Below the pieces are notes generated by a model that saw only the letters and a list, made by a program, of their open reading frames with translations, was not told the origin of the DNA and did no database searches. Below, one piece after another: positions 9,980 through 19,924 of a DNA stretch of 64,000 nt. Made by a program: the position numbers and the translations under genes. Within the stretch, counting starts at the first letter, position 1. Each line of letters begins with the position of its first letter. This DNA is from Microcoleus sp. (GTDB lineage Bacteria > Cyanobacteriota > Cyanobacteriia > Cyanobacteriales > Microcoleaceae): assembly GCA_042408215.1 (NCBI GenBank), contig JAYFMW010000030.1, positions 320,001 to 384,000 on the forward strand, in the 5' to 3' direction.

Positions 9980-11197
9980 CTAATTAACGTCCGTCACCCG
10001 CCAGCTCAGCTTCAGATTGATCCAGAAATTCCACAGAGTCACGGCTGCGATCGCAATCAACTTAGCCAAATATTCATTCATCCCAAAAACATTAAACAGC
10101 AAATTAACCAGCAGCACATTCAAAATCAAACCCATCAAGCAGATAGTATTAAATTTCAAGAGCCGTTTCAAGCGCTGGCGTTTCCCTGGCTGCCGCTTAG
10201 AAATATCCCCAAAAGTCCACAAATCGTTCCACAAAAAATTACTGATAATTGCTACTTCAGAAGAAACGATCGCACTGCGAGTCAGCGCGAAACCGAGGAC
10301 AGTCCGCAATACATAAAAAACCCCCAGATCCACAAATACCCCGCTGAAACCCACCGCGCCAAAGCGCAGAAATCGACCCATCGGCCAGCGGGCCAACCGC
10401 AACCTCAGCAAATGCCACAAATACTCAATATACTGTTTCCAGGTAACTTTGCTCTCCCCTTCAAGGCGCTCCTGAAACACGTAACCAACTTCTCCAATCC
10501 AGCGTATGTCGCCTCTGCCGAGCACTTCAATCAAAATTTTGTAACCGGTCGGATTCATCGTTTTGCCAGCAATACAACTGCGGCGTACCATAAAATAGCC
10601 GCTCATCGGGTCCGAAACTCGGCCCACGACTCCCGGTAGTATAATTAATCCCACAATCTGAGCTCCCCGCGATAAAAATCGCCTGACAAAGCTCCAGTCG
10701 CTCACACCTCCGTCGGCAACGTGGCGGCTAGCAGCGGCTAAATCGGCTCCCCGCTTAATTTCTGCTAAAAGCTGCAACAGCGTCTCTGGGGGATGTTGCA
10801 AGTCGGCATCAATGACGCCCAAAACCTCGCCCCGCGCTACTTGCCACCCCCGAATCACGGCTGTAGAAAGTCCCCGCTCCTGCTCGCGCCGCATCACCCG
10901 CAATTGGGGATAGTCGGGTGTTAAGGACAGGGCTACTTCCCAGGTGCGATCGGGGCTGTCGTCATCAACTACAATCAGTTCGTAGTGACCGGGAATAGTG
11001 CCATCGAGCAATTGGCTCAATTTTTCCACAATAATCTTGACATTTTTGCACTCGTTGTAGGTGGGAATTATTAGGGAAAAATAAATGGGGGATGCGCCTG
11101 CGTCTGTAGCAGAAGTTGAAGCTACAGTCGGTGCAGCCGGAATTTGTAAAGGGTTTGACGGCACTGGTACGAGGTGATTTGGTTGGTTGAGGCTCAT
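9980..11197 (-). CDS. Polyprenol-phosphate glycosyltransferase (GT2, DPM1-like) fused to a GtrA domain
   Basis: IIPTYNE, VVDDDSPD, DADLQHPP, SDPMSGYF; C-terminal GtrA-like RFLRFGAVG...NFLWN. Confidence 0.9.
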   Translation of the reverse strand: MSLNQPNHLVPVPSNPLQIPAAPTVASTSATDAGASPIYFSLIIPTYNECKNVKIIVEKLSQLLDGTIPGHYELIVVDDDSPDRTWEVALSLTPDYPQLRVMRREQERGLSTAVIRGWQVARGEVLGVIDADLQHPPETLLQLLAEIKRGADLAAASRHVADGGVSDWSFVRRFLSRGAQIVGLIILPGVVGRVSDPMSGYFMVRRSCIAGKTMNPTGYKILIEVLGRGDIRWIGEVGYVFQERLEGESKVTWKQYIEYLWHLLRLRLARWPMGRFLRFGAVGFSGVFVDLGVFYVLRTVLGFALTRSAIVSSEVAIISNFLWNDLWTFGDISKRQPGKRQRLKRLLKFNTICLMGLILNVLLVNLLFNVFGMNEYLAKLIAIAAVTLWNFWINLKLSWRVTDVN

Positions 11198-11339
11198 AGT
11201 TCCAGTTTTCCGAAAGTAAAATATATTTTGTTATGATTTTAGACTTGAGAAGATGTTTCATCCAGAGTTGATTTGTTAAGATATAAAAACGCCTTTAATT
11301 CTAGGTAGTGATTCTGTAATTGAACCGGAAAATAAAACT

Positions 11340-12503
11340 GTGGATGCAATTCTCGATCGAGCTTTACAAGGATACAACATCTCAACCGCAGATGCGTTGG
11401 TACTTTTGCAACAAAAAGAGCCAAATGCGATCGCCTCTATTCAAACAACCGCTGACTTGCTTCGTCGCCGACAATCTGGGGATACTGTCACCTATGCGAT
11501 CAACCACAATATTAACTTCACCAATATTTGTGAGCAGCATTGCAGTTTTTGTGCATTCCGCCGTGACGAGGGAGATCGGGGCGCTTTTTGGTTAAACGCA
11601 GACCAAATTCTCGAAAAAGCAACTGATGCAGTGCAGCGGGGTGCAACGGAAATTTGTATGCAGGGGGGATTACATCTTAAAGCTAAGTTAAATGGAACAT
11701 CCTTGGCTTATTATCTGCAATTAGTAAAAACTATTAAGGATAAGTTTCCTCAGTTACACTTGCACGCTTTTTCGCCCCAAGAAATACAATTCATTGCTAG
11801 GGAAGACGGCGTTAGTTTCAGCTATGTAATTTCTGCTTTGCGGGATGCGGGAGTCGGTTCGATGCCGGGAACCGCGGCGGAAGTTCTCGACGATGCGGTA
11901 CGACGGATTATTTGCCCGGAAAAAATAGATGCGGCAACTTGGCTGGAAATTGTCGGTACGGCTCACAGTTTGGGATTGCCGACAACGAGTACAATGCTTT
12001 GTGGGCATATTGAAACGGCCCAACAGCAGGTTTTGCATTTAGAAAAAGTGCGATCGCTCCAACAAAGTGCCATCGACAAAAACTATCCAGCGCGCATTAC
12101 AGAATTTATTTTACTACCATTTGTCGGACAATCAGCACCGGCACCTTTACGGAGTCGAGTCGGCCGCGACCAACCTATTTTAGCAGATACATTGTTACTC
12201 ACCGCAGTATCGAGAATCTTCTTGGGAAATGTGATTCCCAATCACCAACCGAGTTGGGTAAAATTAGGTTTAGCAGGAGCTACAGAAGCGCTGAAATGGG
12301 GCTGCAACGACATCGGCGGCACTTTGATGGAAGAGCACATTACTACAATGGCCGGTGCAGTTGGCGGCGGTTGTCAATCTGTCGAAGATTTGCAAAATGC
12401 GATTAGTTCTTTGGGGCGGAGTTATCAGCAAAGAGATACAATTTATCGACCTTTAGGGGTTGACAATTTGGCAGAAATAGGTGTTAAACTGTCCCGCATC
12501 TAA
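11340..12503 (+). CDS. cofH: FO synthase subunit 2 (radical SAM)
   Basis: [17 protein letters not shown]xxxCxxC motif, [22 protein letters not shown]. Confidence 0.9.
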   Translation: MDAILDRALQGYNISTADALVLLQQKEPNAIASIQTTADLLRRRQSGDTVTYAINHNINFTNICEQHCSFCAFRRDEGDRGAFWLNADQILEKATDAVQRGATEICMQGGLHLKAKLNGTSLAYYLQLVKTIKDKFPQLHLHAFSPQEIQFIAREDGVSFSYVISALRDAGVGSMPGTAAEVLDDAVRRIICPEKIDAATWLEIVGTAHSLGLPTTSTMLCGHIETAQQQVLHLEKVRSLQQSAIDKNYPARITEFILLPFVGQSAPAPLRSRVGRDQPILADTLLLTAVSRIFLGNVIPNHQPSWVKLGLAGATEALKWGCNDIGGTLMEEHITTMAGAVGGGCQSVEDLQNAISSLGRSYQQRDTIYRPLGVDNLAEIGVKLSRI

Positions 12504-12679
12504 ATTATATTTTTCGTCCCGCCCACCCCACAAGAATTTTATCAAAATAATTGCGATCGCACTTTTGACTCAGTTGCTAAAGTGCGATCGCTTCTCTAAA
12601 AAAACTGTAAATAAAAGAGTTAACCTTTTCAGATAAAATAGAATCAGATAATCTAGCAACTAGAGAGTTGTAAATAGCT

Positions 12680-13051
12680 ATGACAGACGATGTGATATGG
12701 GTTGTGACGGATAGCGCTCCTTTGGTCGCCGTTCCGTCTGGCAGTAGGGATGGGCAGCGGAGAAACCCATTTGATGACGAAGTGGAACAGACTGAGAATT
12801 CTAGCAGACGGGCTGTTCCCGTGAAAGTGGACAAACTAGAAGCAGGGGTAACTGAGTTCCTGCAACTGGTTGGGCGCGTATTTAGCCGTGCTAAGCAGGC
12901 AGCCGGAGATTTGCCGGGAATGGAATTAGATGAAATTGAACTATCGGTAGAAGTTAATGGCGAAGGGAAATTGAGCTTGCTGGGCAGCGGTGGCAAAGTG
13001 GGTGGAAAGGGTGCGATAACGCTGAAGTTTAAAACAGAAAAAACTAATTAA
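12680..13051 (+). CDS. Pepco/Trypco-like peptidase co-occurring domain protein
   Basis: MELDEIELSVEVNGEG...GGKGAITLKF signature; lies 14 nt upstream of a caspase gene. Confidence 0.75.
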   Translation: MTDDVIWVVTDSAPLVAVPSGSRDGQRRNPFDDEVEQTENSSRRAVPVKVDKLEAGVTEFLQLVGRVFSRAKQAAGDLPGMELDEIELSVEVNGEGKLSLLGSGGKVGGKGAITLKFKTEKTN

Positions 13052-13065
13052 AACAGTACGGCGAG

Positions 13066-15360
13066 ATGTCAAAAAATTTGGCGATCGTTATTGGGATCAA
13101 TAACTACAACCCCAACAACTTATCATCTCTGAAGTATGCCAAGCAAGATGCAGAATCCGTGCGAGATTTCTTTCTGCGCGAGGCAAAGTTTGATAAAGTC
13201 TGTTTTTTTTCAGATGATTCGGCGGACTTTCTATGGAAGGGCAATACAATTCCTAATCAGCCAACTTATGGCAACCTGATTTCTTTTTTGCACGATGGCT
13301 TTGAAACTAAACCGTTTCTGTCTGCTGGGGACAACTGTTGGTTTTTTTTTGCAGGACACGGGAAGCAACACGTCAACCAGGATTACTTGATGCCACAGGA
13401 TGCCAATCCGAGATCGATCCAGCGGACAGCAATTCCGGTAAACTACGTGCGAGAACGGCTCAGCCGATCGGGTGCAGACAATGTAATTCTAATTCTGGAT
13501 GCTTGTCGCACAGACGGAAGTCGCGGTGCTGCTGGAATTGGTGGTGAGTCGCAGCAGGGTGCGATCGTCATTTCTTCGTGCAGTCCGACACAAACAGCTT
13601 GGGAGATTGACGAACTGCAACATGGAGCTTTTACCTATGCACTTTTAGAAGGGTTGCGAATGCGCGGAGAACTCAACTGTGCCACGGTAGAAAGGCTCGA
13701 TTTACATCTGCGTCGCCGTGTTCCAGAACTGTGCGAGAAGTATGGCAAGTACCCCAAACAAAATCCCCGCACTGCTGTAGATCCGGCTGACAAGCGCTAC
13801 TTGCTCCTGATGCCTCAGCACGCAACGGAGACGGATATCAACACGCTCAAAATGAAAGCTTATCGATCCATGAATTATGATTTGGATGCAGCCGAACAGT
13901 TGTGGATTCGAGTGAATGCGGCTGCACAGGGTCGAGATATGGAGGCGCTTGAGGCTTTTCAAAAGATTGGTCAAATGAAGGCAGCGCATTCAGTTTCACC
14001 ATCTGTGCTGTCGCCAAATAGTTCCAACTCCGGCAGCAGAACATCCTTACCATCCGAGGTACAACCTGTCAGTTCGGTGCGATCCTCTCCTGTTCCTAGC
14101 AGGAAATTACGTGCATCTGCAACAGGAGTAGAAGTAGCTAAATCTGCTTTGAAACAAAAAAGATTGAGCCAAAAAGCCCTTGCTCAAAATTGCGGTCTCA
14201 CTCAATCAACAATTTCTCGATTCCTGAAACAAGAGCTAATTGATTGTGAAACATTTGAAATTATCTGCAAAGCTTTAGAGCTACCGCCAGAAGCTATTCT
14301 ATTAGGACTTACGCATGGGGGTTCAGAAACCGGGTTTTTTTACGAAAATACTTTGTTGCAGTCCGCAGATTCGGTAACACATTCGACTTCGCTCAGTGCT
14401 TTGGTCGGAATGCGTAAGTCCTGTCTATATAATCTTGCTGCTATTCCATCTATCTCCAATAACAAACAAATTAAATCCTCTGAAAATTTACCTTCTCCTG
14501 CTACTACCCACACTTTTGAGTTTGAGGTAATCTCGATCGATCAAAAAGGACAAACAATAGATCGTCGTCATCAAATAGCAGAACACCGCATAGAAAAACT
14601 TAGCAATGAGATTGCATTAGAAACTGTGTTGATACCGGGCGGTACTTTTCTGATGGGTTCGTCGGAAACTGAGTCAGGAAGAATGAACAACGAAAAGCCT
14701 CAACATTCAGTAACCATCCAACCTTTTCTAATAGGCAAATACCCTATTACCCAGGCACAGTGGAAAGCGGTTGCTGCTTTTGACAAAGTGAATCGAGATA
14801 TTGAACTCGAACCGTCCCACTTCAAAGGTGCAGATCGGCCTGTGGAACAAGTTTCTTGGTACGATGCTGTTGAATTTTGCGATCGCCTTTCCCAAAAAAC
14901 AGGACGCGAGTATCGTCTCCCAACAGAAGCAGAATGGGAATACGCCTGTCGCGCTGGAACTACAACCCCTTTTCATTTTGGAGAAACTATTACCCCCGAT
15001 GTGGCAAACTATGACTGCAACTACAGCTATAAGTCTGGGCCAAAAGCGAAAGGAAGCTATCGAAAGCAAACAAATACTGTCAAAAATTTTGCATTTTCCA
15101 ATGCTTTCGGATTGTTTGATATGCACGGCAACGTTTGGGAGTGGTGCTTAGATTATTGGCATGAAAGCTATCACGAAGCACCCACAAATGGAAGTGCATG
15201 GTTGACTAACAGTAACAATAATTCGCGGGTGTTACGAGGCGGATCTTGGTTAAATGCTCCGACAGATTGCCGATCGGCTCATCGTTACAACTGGGATTCA
15301 GGCGATCGAGTCAAGCGCTTTGGTTTTCGGATAGTTTGTCCTATTGTGTGGACTCCATAG
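13066..15360 (+). CDS. Caspase-like peptidase C14 + XRE-type HTH + FGE-sulfatase domain protein
   Basis: Dyad FAGHG / ILDACR; HTH LSQKALAQNCGLTQSTISRFL; FGE motifs RLPTEAEWEYACRAG, GLFDMHGNVWEWC, RGGSW. Confidence 0.9.
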   Translation: MSKNLAIVIGINNYNPNNLSSLKYAKQDAESVRDFFLREAKFDKVCFFSDDSADFLWKGNTIPNQPTYGNLISFLHDGFETKPFLSAGDNCWFFFAGHGKQHVNQDYLMPQDANPRSIQRTAIPVNYVRERLSRSGADNVILILDACRTDGSRGAAGIGGESQQGAIVISSCSPTQTAWEIDELQHGAFTYALLEGLRMRGELNCATVERLDLHLRRRVPELCEKYGKYPKQNPRTAVDPADKRYLLLMPQHATETDINTLKMKAYRSMNYDLDAAEQLWIRVNAAAQGRDMEALEAFQKIGQMKAAHSVSPSVLSPNSSNSGSRTSLPSEVQPVSSVRSSPVPSRKLRASATGVEVAKSALKQKRLSQKALAQNCGLTQSTISRFLKQELIDCETFEIICKALELPPEAILLGLTHGGSETGFFYENTLLQSADSVTHSTSLSALVGMRKSCLYNLAAIPSISNNKQIKSSENLPSPATTHTFEFEVISIDQKGQTIDRRHQIAEHRIEKLSNEIALETVLIPGGTFLMGSSETESGRMNNEKPQHSVTIQPFLIGKYPITQAQWKAVAAFDKVNRDIELEPSHFKGADRPVEQVSWYDAVEFCDRLSQKTGREYRLPTEAEWEYACRAGTTTPFHFGETITPDVANYDCNYSYKSGPKAKGSYRKQTNTVKNFAFSNAFGLFDMHGNVWEWCLDYWHESYHEAPTNGSAWLTNSNNNSRVLRGGSWLNAPTDCRSAHRYNWDSGDRVKRFGFRIVCPIVWTP
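14303..14423. mobile_element. AGGACTTACGCA-family MITE inserted in frame in the caspase gene
   Basis: TCTAT-[TAGGACTTACGCA...TGCGTAAGTCCTG]-TCTAT; 121+5 = 126 nt. Confidence 0.85.
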
Positions 15361-15372
15361 CCTTTGAATTGC

Positions 15373-16755
15373 TTATTCATCTGCTTCGGACTCTTCTTCC
15401 TCCTCATCCCATGTCGGTGTATAAGTTGGGTTTGGAGGCTGAGTTTCACCTAATTCTATAGCTAGCGTTTTGCGATACTGTTCTGCTTCAGCAACCTTGG
15501 TAAATTTAATTTCAGCTTTTTTTACAGTTTTAGTTTCTTCTGCAATTTTTTCAACTGCCGAAGAGATTTCATCTAATGTCACCTTAAAAAACTCCTTGCG
15601 CTCGTTAACTTTGTTGACGCTTTTATCTCGAAAATATTGATGCAATAAATTCTCTGTTTCTGGAACATTTTCCGAAAAAATCATTGCATGAATATCAAAG
15701 GGAAAGGGCACAGATGCTCCACTTAGTTCTTTAATGCGCTCCTCTGGTTCAATTCTTCGCGTCATCCCAATCTTATAAACATTATCTCCGAAAGAACCAA
15801 CATTTGAAATGATGTAGACATATCCTGATTTTGTCATCTGAGCGCGAGAAATCGCATTTCTTTGCTTGGCAAGAGCCTCTTCAAGTTGTAGATTCATTTG
15901 TTGCAACTTAAGTTCTAATTGTTCTCTCTGTTGACCTGTAGCTTGTTCGACCTCTCGGCGAGCTTTTTCTAAAGCTTGTTCTCTAATTTTTACTTCTTGT
16001 TCCGAATCTTTTCTGGCTTTTTCTATCTCCCGGCGCTCTCTTTCTTCTTCGCGCATTTGCTCTCTGATTCTCCGCTGTTCTTCAGCTTCCTCCTGTTTTT
16101 TCTCCAGAAACTCGTGAGTCAAATATAGTTCTTCTAGTTTTAGAGAACGATAACTAGGCACGATCGCACAGCGATTAGTTTCTGATAGCTTATTCAAAGT
16201 TTCAAAAGCTTTGTTGATCCTGGTTTCTAATTTAATGGCATTGTTATATTTAACTTGAAGCATTGCAGCATCGCACTCGCCATTAAATGCTCTCAGTATT
16301 AGCGTCAGAAAGTCATCGGTCATTTTTTTGCCTTTTTTCTTGCTTCCCTCTACTTCCCACGGTACATGACAGATGGCCGCCGTCTTATCTTTCAGCATTT
16401 TACTTTGTTGGCTTCTAATATGGTCAAGTCGGCGCTTGTATTCTTCAGAACTGCCAAAGTTATACTTGGATTTATAAAATCCGAAAGATTGAACTGATTC
16501 TGATTCTTCTACCTCACTGAGTTTCTGCTGGAGGTTTCTAATTTTAGCATTTAGTTTTGCTTGTTCGCTTGCAAGTTGGTCGAGTTCCCCTTGTTTGAGA
16601 TTTATGTTAGAATCTAATTGCTTTTCAAAGTCTTCTTTGGAAAAGAGTGAATCATATTTACGTAAAAGCTTTTTATGTTTTGCTAGTTTCAGTTGCGTGT
16701 ATGTCAAGGCGGCTGCTAGAACTAATGCTGATAATCCGAGGAGTGTTGACAACAT
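15373..16755 (-). CDS. DUF4041 + T5orf172/MUG113 (GIY-YIG-like) domain protein
   Basis: LRAFNGECD, coiled coil, GYVYIISNVGSFG..VYKIGMTRR, SVPFPFDIHA, RKEFF. Confidence 0.85.
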   Translation of the reverse strand: MLSTLLGLSALVLAAALTYTQLKLAKHKKLLRKYDSLFSKEDFEKQLDSNINLKQGELDQLASEQAKLNAKIRNLQQKLSEVEESESVQSFGFYKSKYNFGSSEEYKRRLDHIRSQQSKMLKDKTAAICHVPWEVEGSKKKGKKMTDDFLTLILRAFNGECDAAMLQVKYNNAIKLETRINKAFETLNKLSETNRCAIVPSYRSLKLEELYLTHEFLEKKQEEAEEQRRIREQMREEERERREIEKARKDSEQEVKIREQALEKARREVEQATGQQREQLELKLQQMNLQLEEALAKQRNAISRAQMTKSGYVYIISNVGSFGDNVYKIGMTRRIEPEERIKELSGASVPFPFDIHAMIFSENVPETENLLHQYFRDKSVNKVNERKEFFKVTLDEISSAVEKIAEETKTVKKAEIKFTKVAEAEQYRKTLAIELGETQPPNPTYTPTWDEEEEESEADE

Positions 16756-16871
16756 ATGAATCTGCCTTTCTAAGTGAATACGTCTTAATATAACTGTAAG
16801 CTTGTGAATCAGCCAAGTTTCCGGAAATTTAACCCGATCGCCCGCGATCGCATATTCATCCGCACCAAGTC

Positions 16872-16995
16872 CGGCAGGGGTTTCAACCCCTGCCTCAAAG
16901 CGAAAGTCCTCGCTTCAGAGGACTAATGAGTTCTTCAGTCCTATACGCGAGGACTTTCGCTAAAAGCCCCGTGGAATTAATTCCCTGGCGGACTT
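16872..16995. repeat. Cluster of palindromic dispersed repeats downstream of dapL
   Basis: GGCAGGGGTTTCAACCCCTGCC; GCGAAAGTCCTCGC...GCGAGGACTTTCGC. Confidence 0.7.
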
Positions 16996-17017
16996 TCGGT
17001 TTAAGCGAGACATCATA

Positions 17018-18256
17018 TTAAACCTTAAACTTCTCCACAATCCGTCTCATCGCCTCCTCCACATTCTCCCGACTATTAAACGCCGAAATGCGGAAATAAC
17101 CCTCACCCGCCGCACCGAAACCAGAGCCCGGTGTTCCCACCACATTGCAAGTTTCCAGCAACTTCTGAAAGAAATCCCAACTCGACAAACCATGAGGCGT
17201 TTTCACCCACACATAGGGCGCATTTTCGCCACCAAAAACCTCGATTCCCGCCGCTGTCAATTTCTCGCGAATAATCGCAGCATTTTCCATGTAAAAATTG
17301 ACTAATGCCTGAATTTGTGCTTTGCCAGCCTCGGAATAAACAGCCTCTGCACCGCGCTGCACTATGTAAGAAACGCCGTTAAATTTAGTAGATTGACGGC
17401 GATTCCATAACTTCCAAATTTCGACATCGGAACCATCTGCTGCTTTTCCAGTCAAAGTCTTCGGTACAACTGTTAACGCACAGCGAGTACCGGTGAAACC
17501 GGCATTCTTGGAGAATGAACGAAATTCGATCGCACAATCCCGCGCACCCTCAATTTCGTAAATAGAATGCGGCAAATTCGGATCGGAAATATACGCTTCG
17601 TAAGCCGCATCGAAGAAAATAATCGAACCGTTAGCTTTAGCATAATTTACCCAAGCTTCCAAGTGTTCCTTGGTTGCAGTTGCTCCCGTCGGATTGTTGG
17701 GAAAACACAGGTAAATTAAATCGACTTTTTTGTCTGTGGGAATTTGGGCTGTAAAATTGTTTTCTGCTGTAATTGGCAGGTAAACTAAGCCGCCATATTC
17801 GCCTTGTTCGTTCGCATCTCCCGTGTGTCCAGCCATCACGTTCGTGTCTACATATACCGGATAAACTGGATCGGTAACTGCGATCGTGTTATTGTTTCCA
17901 AAGATATCCAGAATATTGCCACAATCGCACTTAGAACCATCAGAAATAAAGATTTCCGAAGCATCCACATCGCATCCCCGCGACTTGAAGTCGTGCTCGG
18001 CAATTTTCTCTCTCAGCCAGTCATAACCTTGTTCCGGGCCGTATCCTTTGAATGTATCCCGCGATCCCATTTCCTCTACCGCCGCCACCATCGCGAGGCG
18101 ACAAGCTTCGGGTAGGGGCTCTGTGACGTCGCCAATCCCTAGCCGGATGATGGGTGCATCGGGATTCGCGTCTGCAAAGGCTTTCACCCTGCGCCCAATT
18201 TCGGGAAACAGGTAGCCGGCTTTGAGTTTGAGGTAGTTGTCGTTGATAGTTGCCAT
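17018..18256 (-). CDS. dapL: LL-diaminopimelate aminotransferase
   Basis: [41 protein letters not shown]. Confidence 0.95.
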   Translation of the reverse strand: MATINDNYLKLKAGYLFPEIGRRVKAFADANPDAPIIRLGIGDVTEPLPEACRLAMVAAVEEMGSRDTFKGYGPEQGYDWLREKIAEHDFKSRGCDVDASEIFISDGSKCDCGNILDIFGNNNTIAVTDPVYPVYVDTNVMAGHTGDANEQGEYGGLVYLPITAENNFTAQIPTDKKVDLIYLCFPNNPTGATATKEHLEAWVNYAKANGSIIFFDAAYEAYISDPNLPHSIYEIEGARDCAIEFRSFSKNAGFTGTRCALTVVPKTLTGKAADGSDVEIWKLWNRRQSTKFNGVSYIVQRGAEAVYSEAGKAQIQALVNFYMENAAIIREKLTAAGIEVFGGENAPYVWVKTPHGLSSWDFFQKLLETCNVVGTPGSGFGAAGEGYFRISAFNSRENVEEAMRRIVEKFKV

Positions 18257-18303
18257 TTTTGCGATCGTTTGAGAGTCGTAGAATAGCTTACTGCTAATTG
18301 GTA

Positions 18304-18504
18304 GTTGACTGTTAACTGTTGACTGTTGGCTGTTAACTGTTGACTGTTGACTGTTGACTGTTGACTGTTGGCTGTTGACTGTTGGCTGTTGACTGTTGAC
18401 TGTTGACTGTTGACTGTTGACTGTTAACTGTTGACTGTTAACTGTTGACTGTTGACTGTTGACTGTTGGCTGTTAACTGTTGACTGTTGACTGTTGGCTG
18501 TTGT
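18304..18504. repeat. STRR-type heptamer array (TGTTGAC/TGTTAAC/TGTTGGC)n
   Basis: About 28 copies seen directly. Confidence 0.95.
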
Positions 18505-18575
18505 CATTACCAATTCCCCATTACCAATTCCCAATTCCCAATTCTCCAATCTCAAATCTCAAATCGATCCGACCA

Positions 18576-18605
18576 TTGACAAAAAAATCAACCACCTTGT
18601 ATAAT
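18576..18605 (+). promoter_or_regulatory. Consensus sigma70 promoter
   Basis: TTGACA-N18-TATAAT, 28 nt upstream of ATG 18634. Confidence 0.7.
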
Positions 18606-18633
18606 TAGAATAGTGTGCAGCGCAGAAACAATT

Positions 18634-19722
18634 ATGGACGAGATAGAGTATGCCAGAGTCTATCAAGAACTGGCCGCAATTCTCAATGAATTTAATTTGG
18701 GTTGGGTCGCTCAACAGGTAGCCGATACAGTAGAGATTGGCAAAACCATTGAAGAGCGATCGCCCAAAAGAAAAACACCCCTGCTCAAGATAGAAGATTA
18801 TATCGCAAAAGAACAACTTTTGCTGTTAATTGATGCCATAGAACAAGCGACGGTCAATACTTCCGAAATGGAAGACGAAATTGCTTATTTCTTAAAAGTA
18901 GAATCAGAAACCTCTCCCCTCGGCACAAAAATTACATTTGCCTCATCAGGTGCTGAAGTAGCCAAAACAATCGATTTTGCCTCTCATCTTACAGCCCCAC
19001 GCAACAAACAGGCGATCGCCCTCAAAGACTTGCTCGAAAAACTGCCATCAGAGCCTCGCAACTACCTCACCAATTCCGAGATTAAAAGTAAACTAACTAG
19101 CTCGATCAATCCCGATTTCAACGGAGTTACCGAACAAGCAAACATCTTTGATGTTTACCTGTTCACTATACTTTTAAAAGCCATTGCCAATGAAGGAGCC
19201 ACCATATATTATAACAATATTTTAGACGAAACACCGAAATATTTAACATTTAGAAAAACAGCGGGGAAAATTCACGGTACTGCACATCCATATACTTACG
19301 CGGTAGTGGAATTTGCCGACAAACCACCCCTCGAAGTTCATCTCGGAGTGAAAGTCCAAGGTAGAGCCGGAGTTCTACATAACTGCAACATCTTAATTTT
19401 GTACCAAAAAGAAGCGAATATGTGCCGTTTGCTCAACCGGGAACCCCGGCATTCGCAAGTCATTTTAGCAGTAAAATCTCAGCACAGTACCTCGGAACTT
19501 AAACTAGAAATGGCCGGTGCTTTTATCGGATTAGCGTCAGACATTCGCTACGAAGGTGGCAGCTATTTCATTTCCAACAGTTCCTCAGAACCAGTCGCCA
19601 AACTGCTGACAATGGCCCGCAAAAAATGGGAACATAAGATATTTCCTAGAGCCACAAACGATGTGAATCGATTGATGTACTCATTTCAAACTATCTTTAA
19701 AGACTTTAAGGCGAGAAACTAA
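18634..19722 (+). CDS. Hypothetical two-domain protein; C-terminal half restriction-endonuclease-fold-like
   Basis: EVHLGVKVQGRAGVLHNCNI...LAVKSQ resembles a G.SG..H..D...ECK motif. Confidence 0.6.
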   Translation: MDEIEYARVYQELAAILNEFNLGWVAQQVADTVEIGKTIEERSPKRKTPLLKIEDYIAKEQLLLLIDAIEQATVNTSEMEDEIAYFLKVESETSPLGTKITFASSGAEVAKTIDFASHLTAPRNKQAIALKDLLEKLPSEPRNYLTNSEIKSKLTSSINPDFNGVTEQANIFDVYLFTILLKAIANEGATIYYNNILDETPKYLTFRKTAGKIHGTAHPYTYAVVEFADKPPLEVHLGVKVQGRAGVLHNCNILILYQKEANMCRLLNREPRHSQVILAVKSQHSTSELKLEMAGAFIGLASDIRYEGGSYFISNSSSEPVAKLLTMARKKWEHKIFPRATNDVNRLMYSFQTIFKDFKARN

Positions 19723-19729
19723 AATAAGG

Positions 19730-19885
19730 GAATGGGGAATGGGGCATTGGGCATTGGGCATGGGGCATAGTTAGTGGTTACTTGTTAGTGGTTTTTTTAA
19801 TATCAAATAACAAATAACAAATTACAAATTACAAATGCCCAATGCCCAATGCCCAATGCCCAATGCCCAATGCCCAATGCCCAAT
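19730..19885. repeat. Fold-back heptamer cluster (GGGCATT)n ... (TGCCCAA)n
   Basis: Opposed arms seen directly. Confidence 0.8.
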
Positions 19886-19924
19886 ATAATCTATCATGTT
19901 GCGAGCAACCTAACCTGACGAATA

